Below, in pieces: positions 1-7,392 of a DNA stretch of 61,035 nt. The DNA is from a virus (lineage: Duplodnaviria; Caudoviricetes): positions 1 through 61,035 of the IMG/VR virus record IMGVR_UViG_3300017729_000002. One strand, given 5' to 3'. Numbering within the stretch: position 1 is the first letter of the stretch; every line of letters begins with the position of its first letter. Made by a program: the position numbers and the translations under genes. The notes below the pieces were generated by a model. It was not told the DNA's origin and did not search any database. It saw nothing but the letters and a program-made list of their open reading frames with translations.

Positions 1-69
1 AGAGCATAACGAGGTGGTATTCGATACCTTGCACGAACTACAACTCAACAAGAGATAGCACATAACCTG

Positions 70-101
70 CACCCCGTGATACCGTATCACGGCACGGGGT
101 G
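70..101. repeat. Early-region hairpin copy 1 (core GTGATAC-C-GTATCAC at 76-90)
   Basis: Perfect 7+1+7 palindrome with additional CACCCCGTG/CACGGGGTG pairing; upstream of the first ORF. Confidence 0.9.
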
Positions 102-163
102 TAGCCATGTGAGATCTGTCACACTGACAAGTCCACTACAAAAAAAAACAAAACATATTAATT

Positions 164-1066
164 ATGAAAACCAACGCTACAAATAACGAAGCCATCATTA
201 CTGACCTTAACTCAGTAGTCCTTGCCAACCTAACTACCCGACGTGGTAACACCAGCACCCAGTGCAAGGTGACTGCCGATGACGTGGCTTACAAAGCAGG
301 GGCAGAGCGCAAGCTACTGAACGTGTCGTTCCGACACCTCAACTCAGAGGAGATCAAGACCGCTAGGTCTATCATCGTGAAGCTGACCAAGGACATCAGC
401 AAGGTGACACTACCCTGCCCGTCTATCCAAGGTGCAAGGTATGTCAAAGCCAAGGACATGGATGACGTGCAACGCATGGTAGACGAGGCGGAAGCCGAGC
501 TTAATGATGCCAAGCAAGAGATCACCAGACGATGGCACTCGATCCTGACCTCAGCTAAGGCATCAGCTAGTCAGCTCGCTCGCATCAATGACATTGACTG
601 GCCCGATGCCGAAGGCTTTGTCGAGACACTAGGCATCGAGCTCGAGTGGCTGGCATCACCCGCCCCTATCCAAGACACCGTGCTCGAGACTATCAGTGAC
701 GAGGTAGCATCCCGAGCCCGTGCATCACAAGCGGCTGACAAGATGTTCCTCAAGGCACACGCCGCCCCCGTCCGCGAGCTGGTCGTGGCACTAGCCAAAG
801 CGGCTGAAGCTACCACCGCGTCAACGCAAAAGGGTAAGCGTCTTCGACAGGCTAACTTCGATAACATCTCCAAGGCTATCGACAATGTATCGACATACAA
901 CTGGCTCGACCTACCCGAGCTGTCTGACCTAGTGCATACCATCAAGTCATCAGTCGGCACAGTAAACGGTCCGAGCCTGTCACGTGATGAGCGCACCAAG
1001 GTTGCCAGTAAACTGGAGGATGCACAAGCTGTTGCACTCGACACCCTCAACGACCTCGGCATCTGA
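164..1066 (+). CDS. DUF3150-like helical protein
   Basis: 300 aa; TLPC..GARYV, coiled coil, WP..E..F pattern recalled from DUF3150-like proteins; adjacent to an AAA+/VWA pair, the usual context. Confidence 0.55.
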   Translation: MKTNATNNEAIITDLNSVVLANLTTRRGNTSTQCKVTADDVAYKAGAERKLLNVSFRHLNSEEIKTARSIIVKLTKDISKVTLPCPSIQGARYVKAKDMDDVQRMVDEAEAELNDAKQEITRRWHSILTSAKASASQLARINDIDWPDAEGFVETLGIELEWLASPAPIQDTVLETISDEVASRARASQAADKMFLKAHAAPVRELVVALAKAAEATTASTQKGKRLRQANFDNISKAIDNVSTYNWLDLPELSDLVHTIKSSVGTVNGPSLSRDERTKVASKLEDAQAVALDTLNDLGI

Positions 1067-1072
1067 ACCCCG

Positions 1073-1128
1073 ATTCCTGAACCCTGCTTGTGCCTACCGT
1101 GATACCGTATCACAGGCAGGGTCAGAAT
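1073..1128. repeat. Early-region hairpin copy 2 (core 1099-1113)
   Basis: Identical 15-bp core; outer CCCTGCTTGTG/CACAGGCAGGG pairing. Confidence 0.9.
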
Positions 1129-1132
1129 TATC

Positions 1133-1161
1133 TTGACTAATTATTCACAATCAATTATTCT
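1133..1161 (+). promoter_or_regulatory. Putative sigma70-type promoter
   Basis: TTGACT-17 bp-TATTCT upstream of the AAA+ gene. Confidence 0.5.
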
Positions 1162-1189
1162 CTAAACCACAACACTAAATACCACTACT

Positions 1190-2317
1190 ATGTCTATTAC
1201 AGCACAACACGAATCGACCTCCCCTATCGTAACCTCTAGCCAGATCGTCGGGCTCGCACAGATTGCATTTGCATCTGGCTCCATGTATCACATCGAGGGT
1301 CAAGGCGGTGGAGGTAAGACCTCCATCCTACAGCACGACCTAGCCACAGCCATGGGCATACCACCCGAGCGTGTCTTCAAGGTCAACTGCTCTGGCTACC
1401 CACCATCAGAGCTGGTCGGCTATGGTATCCCAGACAGCGAGACCCACGATATGTGGTTCGCCCGCCCAGAGCAATGGCCTCATGCCCTCACCGTAGGCAA
1501 GGACGAATGCCTACTCATCCTCGACGAGTTCACTCAGTGGGCACCCGAGGCACAGTCCTTATGTCGCTCACTCTTTGACCCAGTCAATGGCGTCCCGATG
1601 ATCGGCACCCATGAGCTCGGCAGTAATGTCCACATCTGTATCACATCCAACCGTGCGATAGATGGCTCGAGATCCCTGCGAGTTGATGCACCCACATCCA
1701 ACAGGTGCATGACTAACACCCTAGCCCCCGACCTCGATGACTGCCTAGCATACTACGCGAACCAAGGTCTAGCTACCTCACCGTTGTTTGCATTCCTCAA
1801 GTTTACCCAAGGTCTCAATGAGACTGACCACTTCAACCCTGCTATCGGCAAGGGCTGGGATGGCGGACCTCATGCCACCCCCCGTAGCTGGGAGTTTGCA
1901 CTCCGCTATACCAAGGGTCTCAAGCTAGACGCATTCAATCACTCCACCTTGGAGACTGCCATCAAGGGATGGGTCGGCATGAAGGCAGGGTCAGCCGCTT
2001 GTGCTTTCATCCATACCATCAGTGCATACATCCCACGCCTCAAACAGATCAGAGCAGGGCAAGAGTCTATGCCCAACGGTGACCCGTCGGCACAATACTC
2101 CATCGCCTACGCCGCCCTCCGCACAGCTAAGAAAGAGGTCGAGGATCTCGGGGGCATCGCGTCCGACGCGGTGGTCAGTGGCAACGTGGACTGGCTAGTA
2201 GATCGCATCATCATACCTGCCGAGGGTGAGCTAAGAGGCTGGGCATACCGAACTGCCCTAGCCATTGGCATACCCCTCGAGAAGCATGACCGCCGTGCAC
2301 AGATGCAGAGCCTGTAA
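1190..2317 (+). CDS. MoxR/CbbQ-like AAA+ ATPase
   Basis: Walker A GQGGGGKT, Walker B LLILDE, sensor TSNR, NR arginine-finger region, TPRSWE motif. Confidence 0.85.
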   Translation: MSITAQHESTSPIVTSSQIVGLAQIAFASGSMYHIEGQGGGGKTSILQHDLATAMGIPPERVFKVNCSGYPPSELVGYGIPDSETHDMWFARPEQWPHALTVGKDECLLILDEFTQWAPEAQSLCRSLFDPVNGVPMIGTHELGSNVHICITSNRAIDGSRSLRVDAPTSNRCMTNTLAPDLDDCLAYYANQGLATSPLFAFLKFTQGLNETDHFNPAIGKGWDGGPHATPRSWEFALRYTKGLKLDAFNHSTLETAIKGWVGMKAGSAACAFIHTISAYIPRLKQIRAGQESMPNGDPSAQYSIAYAALRTAKKEVEDLGGIASDAVVSGNVDWLVDRIIIPAEGELRGWAYRTALAIGIPLEKHDRRAQMQSL

Positions 2318-2327
2318 CCCGAACCCT

Positions 2328-2356
2328 GCTCCCTGTGATACCGTATCACAGGGAGC
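2328..2356. repeat. Early-region hairpin copy 3 (core 2335-2349)
   Basis: Perfect 14-bp arms GCTCCCTGTGATAC / GTATCACAGGGAGC. Confidence 0.9.
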
Positions 2357-2378
2357 CAACACTAAACTACTACAACCG

Positions 2379-3818
2379 ATGAACGCTACCACAATTCATA
2401 ACGACCTTATCCCACAGGGCAATGGCAAAGCCAACGCCAGCTACGATAGCAATGGCAATGGCATCGTAGCCAAAGCAATGCGCCGAGTCCGCGACCACCA
2501 TGGCATGGCTTATAACAAACTCTTATCACTACGCTGGGAAGCCAGCAACATGACACCGTACGGTGCGACAGATGGCAGACGCCTAGTCCTCAACCCGCAG
2601 GGTATCGACAAGCTATGTCAGACATCCAACCCAGTAGGGTACATGGCTTTCCTCCTAGTTCATGAGGCACTGCACGCACTGCTCAATCATGGCACCAGAC
2701 TCAGCAAGTTCACTGACCACCAGCAAGCTAACATCGCGGCTGACTATGTCATCAATGCCATGATCAAGCGTGCCAACCTAGCTTGTATGCGGGGCGGAGC
2801 TAAGCGACCACCATTCCCCATGATAGCTGGGTGTCTTATCGACGAAGCCCTGTCTGCAGATAAGGAAGTCGAGCAGTTGTATGGTGAGCTCATGTCCCAG
2901 ACCCCCGAGCCCGAGCCCGAGCCCGAGCCCGAGGGTGATGACCAAGGTGATGACCAAGGTGATGACCAAGGTGATGACCAAGGTGATGACCAAGGTGATG
3001 ACCAAGGTGACAGCCAAGGTGACAGCCAAGGTGACAGCCAAGGTCAGGGAACCAGCGGTACACGCACCGACGATGAGATCCTCGGCGATGACTTTGTCGG
3101 GAGCATCAATGGCGAAGACACCTTCGAGCCTGAGCTCGACGAGGGCGAGAGCCCCCGAGATGTGGCCGAAGAGATCGACCGATGCAATGACCGCATCGCT
3201 ATGAATGACCAGATCAATGAGGTCGCAGGTCTCGGCGGTAGCAGTGGACATCTAGAACTTGCTGATCACCAGAATAGAGGTGAGCTCGACACCCCATGGG
3301 AGGACATCATCCGAGACTGGATGACCTACTCCACATATGCTGGCTGGGTCAGCCCATTCAATCAACAGGTCTTCCAAGCCACAGGCATGGTCTCCGCTGG
3401 TCGTGGTGGTAAGTCGATCAACAACCTAGTGTTTATAGTAGACACCTCGGGGTCTATGTGTGGTAGTGCGCTACGTGATATCATGTCTAAGATCCAAGTG
3501 GTACTCGACGAGTTACAACCCCGTAGCACAGCCATCATACCATGTGACCACACTGTGCACACGGTGCATGACGTAGAGCTCGGGGGCTTTGTGCCCCGCA
3601 CCCTAGAGGGTGGGGGCTGGACACTCTTCCAGCCAGCCCTCGACTATGCTGAATCACACTACCCTAACTCAGATGGGATAGTATTTCTTACCGATGGGTA
3701 CGCTTCAGATCTACATAAGATCGAAGAGCCCACTGCCCCAATCCTATGGTTGACCTACGGTCTGACCGAGGACCAATATCCTTTTGGCGACGCCATCAAA
3801 GTTCGTTTGTATGACTAG
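2379..3818 (+). CDS. DUF2201-like protein: N-terminal zincin metallopeptidase plus C-terminal VWA domain
   Basis: ATDG, HEALH and NIAADYVIN in the N-half; acidic linker; MIDAS VDTSGSM, GGGWT and LTDG. ATG 2379 preferred over the TTG at 2265. Confidence 0.85.
   Translation: MNATTIHNDLIPQGNGKANASYDSNGNGIVAKAMRRVRDHHGMAYNKLLSLRWEASNMTPYGATDGRRLVLNPQGIDKLCQTSNPVGYMAFLLVHEALHALLNHGTRLSKFTDHQQANIAADYVINAMIKRANLACMRGGAKRPPFPMIAGCLIDEALSADKEVEQLYGELMSQTPEPEPEPEPEGDDQGDDQGDDQGDDQGDDQGDDQGDSQGDSQGDSQGQGTSGTRTDDEILGDDFVGSINGEDTFEPELDEGESPRDVAEEIDRCNDRIAMNDQINEVAGLGGSSGHLELADHQNRGELDTPWEDIIRDWMTYSTYAGWVSPFNQQVFQATGMVSAGRGGKSINNLVFIVDTSGSMCGSALRDIMSKIQVVLDELQPRSTAIIPCDHTVHTVHDVELGGFVPRTLEGGGWTLFQPALDYAESHYPNSDGIVFLTDGYASDLHKIEEPTAPILWLTYGLTEDQYPFGDAIKVRLYD
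2906..3044 (+). repeat. Coding tandem repeats (GAGCCC)n, (GGTGATGACCAA)x6, (GGTGACAGCCAA)x3
   Basis: Directly visible; encode the EPEP and GDDQ/GDSQ linker. Confidence 0.95.
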
Positions 3819-3826
3819 TAGTAAGG

Positions 3827-3865
3827 CCTTGTCTCCACGTGATACCGTATCACGTGGGGGCAGGG
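3827..3865. repeat. Early-region hairpin copy 4 (core 3839-3853)
   Basis: 19-bp stem with three G-T(U) wobble pairs around the identical core. Confidence 0.9.
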
Positions 3866-3927
3866 TAACTACCTAACCTCAATCACAATAACCCCACCAA
3901 TTAACACCAACAAAATAAAACAAAACA

Positions 3928-4143
3928 ATGACACTAGCATTATTCATTATCATTACACTTGCCACATTCGTAGTATTATTCGCATACTCCTTGTCCACGA
4001 GCAAGCCACAGCAGACCCACCCCGCACCACGTCAACCCAAGTGGATCGAGTCTTGCCAAGTAGCACTACTAATTACCACAGGTGTGGGCTTCGGTCTTAC
4101 CTGCCTGACCTTGGTAGTCGCAGTAATTATATCAATCTCATAA
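3928..4143 (+). CDS. Small membrane protein with 2 TM helices
   Basis: Two hydrophobic segments; A/C-rich leader. Confidence 0.7.
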   Translation: MTLALFIIITLATFVVLFAYSLSTSKPQQTHPAPRQPKWIESCQVALLITTGVGFGLTCLTLVVAVIISIS

Positions 4144-4156
4144 CCTAACTAAACAT

Positions 4157-4393
4157 ATGACAACGACACAAGTAACACTACCCATCCACATGATTGACAT
4201 CGTGCGGTATAAGAACTGGACTGGCCTCACTGTAGCTGAACTCTTCCACGCTGGGAGACTAGGATCCAATGGATCAGACAAGAAGAACATCGAACGCTTC
4301 GCCCTCCACATGCACCAACCCCGAGACCTAGACGAGCACCATGCTCTCATGGCCTTGGCTAACGATGCATACGAATACCTACTTAACGAATAA
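4157..4393 (+). CDS. Hypothetical early protein
   Basis: In-register ORF in a tightly packed operon. Confidence 0.65.
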   Translation: MTTTQVTLPIHMIDIVRYKNWTGLTVAELFHAGRLGSNGSDKKNIERFALHMHQPRDLDEHHALMALANDAYEYLLNE

Positions 4394-4397
4394 GACA

Positions 4398-4556
4398 ATG
4401 CAAGTAACCATAACAATAGATGCAACGAGTGAGCGCCAGCTTACTGACTCTCTAATCAAACTAGCCACCAACATATCTGATACCGATACTGGTTCATATG
4501 AACTGATGGATGGGTCATACCAAATCGAAGAAGCCAACGTAGAAATGCACCCATAA
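4398..4556 (+). CDS. Hypothetical protein, paralog A
   Basis: MQVTITIDATSE... near-identical to 4770-4937. Confidence 0.7.
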   Translation: MQVTITIDATSERQLTDSLIKLATNISDTDTGSYELMDGSYQIEEANVEMHP

Positions 4557-4579
4557 ACAAATAGAAAACAAAACACATC

Positions 4580-4804
4580 ATGAAAAAACTAGATAAAGAA
4601 GAACTGCTCCGAGAAAACCGCGATCTTCGCATCAAGGTTAAGCAGATGGAGCAGGAGATTCTCGACCAAATATCCCACTCAGGAGTTTGGATTGAGAAGC
4701 TGAAAGCAAAGTCGCAGCAGGTTATCGACTTGCTCAACAAGTATGAACCCGACCCATACGAGTCGAACAATGAAAGTAACGATAACAATAGACGCAACGA
4801 GTGA
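4580..4804 (+). CDS. Coiled-coil hypothetical protein
   Basis: A/C-rich leader; heptad-like sequence. Confidence 0.65.
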   Translation: MKKLDKEELLRENRDLRIKVKQMEQEILDQISHSGVWIEKLKAKSQQVIDLLNKYEPDPYESNNESNDNNRRNE

Positions 4805-4937
4805 GCAACAACTTGCTGACTCCCTAATCAAACTAGCCACCAACATATCTGATACCGATACTGGGTCATATGAACTGATGGATGGGTCATACCAGATCGA
4901 AGAAGCTAACGTACAAATACAACCACAATCTAATTAA
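4770..4937 (+). CDS. Hypothetical protein, paralog B
   Basis: MKVTITIDATSE... duplicate of 4398-4556. Confidence 0.7.
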   Translation: MKVTITIDATSEQQLADSLIKLATNISDTDTGSYELMDGSYQIEEANVQIQPQSN

Positions 4938-4948
4938 CAACTAAGACA

Positions 4949-5323
4949 ATGAAACAACTAAGCAAACAAGAGATGGTCGATGCAATGACCACCAACATAG
5001 ACGCCACTTACAACCTGCTCAACACACTGGTTGACCAGACCACCCCCGAAAGCATCCGTGCGCTGTATGATAACTACATGAACGATACGGAAGAAGAAGA
5101 GGAAATGTATAGTGGATACCTCCCAACTAATCTGGAAGTACAGCTTGTCAGTCTAGGAGGTGAGTGGGCAGTCGATGTCCGAGAGCGAGCCAAGCATGAA
5201 GATGATGCTGACCCTTGTCTGGACGGGTATCTCTTTCACTCTTATAAGGAAGCCCGCGCCCTATATGAGAAAGCAGTAGCCTATCACGAGCACCACCCAG
5301 TCACAACCATGGGAGAACTATAA
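4949..5323 (+). CDS. Hypothetical acidic protein
   Basis: ORF in operon. Confidence 0.65.
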   Translation: MKQLSKQEMVDAMTTNIDATYNLLNTLVDQTTPESIRALYDNYMNDTEEEEEMYSGYLPTNLEVQLVSLGGEWAVDVRERAKHEDDADPCLDGYLFHSYKEARALYEKAVAYHEHHPVTTMGEL

Positions 5324-5325
5324 CC

Positions 5326-5514
5326 ATGATCTACTTACTTGCACCCTGTATCCTGATTCCCTTATCCTGTTACACGATCTATTACCTATGGGTCACGTAT
5401 CATAATGATAAGTATCTATCCAAGCTGAGGCGTAAAGCTGATGCACAACTCAAGGACGACACACACCGCACCTTCCTTCTAACCATACGAAACAAAACCA
5501 ACACCCAAAAATAA
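5326..5514 (+). CDS. Small protein with N-terminal hydrophobic segment
   Basis: ORF in operon with 2-bp spacing on both sides. Confidence 0.55.
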   Translation: MIYLLAPCILIPLSCYTIYYLWVTYHNDKYLSKLRRKADAQLKDDTHRTFLLTIRNKTNTQK

Positions 5515-5516
5515 AC

Positions 5517-5810
5517 ATGAAACTAGAAACACAAAAGATAAATGTAATCCGCAAGTTTGAATCCTCAGCTTACCAACGACTCAGCGTCAAGCAAGTGCTC
5601 GCGCTGTTCTACCTAGAGGATGATGACATCACAACCACCGCCCTTGCCAAGAGGGTGGGTGTAACAAGTGCCGCCGCTACTGGCATGATCGACCGCATGG
5701 TGGACCGAGGCCTAGTAGTGAGGAACCGCAACCGCTCCGACCGCAGGGTCATCACCGTTCAGATCACTGACCAAGGCCGAGGCGTAGTAGAAAGGATCGT
5801 TAACTCATGA
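5517..5810 (+). CDS. MarR-family winged-helix transcription regulator
   Basis: LAKRVGVTSAAATGMIDRMVDRGLVVR...DRRVITVQIT..G is a classic MarR signature. Confidence 0.9.
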   Translation: MKLETQKINVIRKFESSAYQRLSVKQVLALFYLEDDDITTTALAKRVGVTSAAATGMIDRMVDRGLVVRNRNRSDRRVITVQITDQGRGVVERIVNS

Positions 5811-6151
5811 CACCAAAACCGCGAACACCATTCGCTAAATCCTTGGGGGCACCCACCCCCAAGGATTATGACCGACTAGTTCAACGAGCTAGTGAATTGT
5901 CTGGTATATCAATGACGGATTTGCTATCCTCAAACCGCACCCAGCGGGTGAGTCAATGGAGACAATCAATCTTCTACGTGCTCCGCCACATGGGTGCTAC
6001 CTTCCACGAGATAGGATCATACTTCAACAGGACACACGGCACCATCATCCATGGGTGCAATGCCCTTGAGAGGAATGCAAACAATAAGACTGTAAGAAAC
6101 ATCATCATCGAGTTAACTAAGCCGACCAATGGAGATACCAACGACGAGTAA
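5807..6151 (+). CDS. DnaA C-terminal (domain IV)-like HTH protein
   Basis: DLLSSNRTQRVSQWRQ...IGSYFNRTHGTIIHG matches the DnaA domain IV pattern (R...IG..F.RDHTTV.H). Confidence 0.8.
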   Translation: MTPKPRTPFAKSLGAPTPKDYDRLVQRASELSGISMTDLLSSNRTQRVSQWRQSIFYVLRHMGATFHEIGSYFNRTHGTIIHGCNALERNANNKTVRNIIIELTKPTNGDTNDE

Positions 6152-6512
6152 TGTAAAAGCACTGGAAGCATTTCATGATGTCTTTCTGCAACATGTTCGC
6201 CCCGTAGCGGAGCATGATCGAATTACTCTGAAGGGTGACGAAGCTAAGAAGTATGAGGAACTACGTGCTAAGTTTATACCTGCATCTATTGTTATGGATG
6301 TCATAAGCTACATGAAGTATCACCTCAGTGAGTTCGCCGCCGATGAAGTATTGAAGATGGGATGTGAGGGAGACACGCAAGCGATGATAGAAAGGTGCGA
6401 CGAGCTCGACCCCTACTTCAAAGCCACAAGGTCACTCGCCCTCGCCGTCCATGTCTTTGCCACCGAGGCCAGTGAGACATTCACAACTGCAGATGAAACC
6501 AACGAAGAATAG
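6129..6512 (+). CDS. Hypothetical protein
   Basis: ORF in operon; start uncertain. Confidence 0.6.
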   Translation: MEIPTTSNVKALEAFHDVFLQHVRPVAEHDRITLKGDEAKKYEELRAKFIPASIVMDVISYMKYHLSEFAADEVLKMGCEGDTQAMIERCDELDPYFKATRSLALAVHVFATEASETFTTADETNEE

Positions 6513-6514
6513 TT

Positions 6515-6703
6515 ATGCCAAACTCACACCACCCATTCGAGAAAGTAACTGGCGGGAAAGGCGATAGAGATATCCGCACTGACCCAGCCAAGTATCGCAA
6601 CAGTTTATTCTGGAAACGATCAGCGTGCTGTGATGCACATGTCGAGTCGGACCAAGGTAAGCTAGTGTGTAAAGCATGCGGTAAGATCACCACGACAAGA
6701 TAA
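6515..6703 (+). CDS. Small protein with C-terminal Cys cluster (possible zinc ribbon)
   Basis: SACC...CKACG; GKGD..R motif. Confidence 0.6.
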   Translation: MPNSHHPFEKVTGGKGDRDIRTDPAKYRNSLFWKRSACCDAHVESDQGKLVCKACGKITTTR

Positions 6704-6820
6704 ACAATCTGGTATTGTAGCGGAGTTTGTTTAGTCTCTGGTTACCACATCGCCATCCCTGTAACTACATAAAAGCAGGGAACATTTTCTAAATTAAATA
6801 TACTAAACCAAACAAACACT

Positions 6821-7291
6821 ATGAACAAAGGAACAATACAAACTATAGCTCAGGCTATTGATAACTCATCTATTGATATCTTCCCTGAGGATGTCACAGT
6901 AGTTGACAATGATGACGTGGAACTAACTATCCAGTATGATAAGAAAGATCCTACTAAGCTGGTGATTAATGAATGGCACAGTCAATGGTATTCAGACGAT
7001 CGCAGTCGAAGGGAAGAGGAAGATCGAGTTGATGATAGTAAATCAATCTATCATTCTCTTGATGGCATCTTGTGTAAAACCTTTGAGCAAGTTACTGAAT
7101 GGGCTGAGCAAGGAAAAAAGTGGGAAGACTTGCAAAGCATGCACACACAAATACTACATACAGTAGAGAAACATTATCAGAAAGCAACGGAGAGGTTCTT
7201 TGTTTATTGTGAGCGATGTGGTAACGACAGTCAATGCCTAGACAACTCACTATGCGACTATTGCCGCTATGTAGCGGAGAAGGACGTTTAA
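6821..7291 (+). CDS. Hypothetical protein with C-terminal CxxC..CxxC
   Basis: CERCG...CDYC; A/C-rich leader. Confidence 0.65.
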   Translation: MNKGTIQTIAQAIDNSSIDIFPEDVTVVDNDDVELTIQYDKKDPTKLVINEWHSQWYSDDRSRREEEDRVDDSKSIYHSLDGILCKTFEQVTEWAEQGKKWEDLQSMHTQILHTVEKHYQKATERFFVYCERCGNDSQCLDNSLCDYCRYVAEKDV

Positions 7292-7346
7292 TGCCCTGAG
7301 AATCGCACACAGCACTGATCCCTACACCCTGCACCGTGCTACGTCA

Positions 7347-7386
7347 GCCCTGAACCCCTTTAAATACAGGGATTCAGGGCTTTCTT
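7347..7386. terminator. Probable bidirectional terminator between convergent early and virion genes
   Basis: GCCCTGAA.CCCT / AGGG.TTCAGGGC stem followed by TTTCTT. Confidence 0.65.
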
Positions 7387-7392
7387 GTGCTC

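Noticed and set aside
2778-3251. Alternative-frame ORFs with VITL or VMTK repeats
   Set aside because: Shadows of the 12-bp repeat inside the zincin-VWA gene
70-3865. Integron attC sites or a CRISPR array
   Set aside because: No RYYYAAC/GTTRRRY ends and no integrase; the repeats are separated by whole genes, not 30-40 bp spacers
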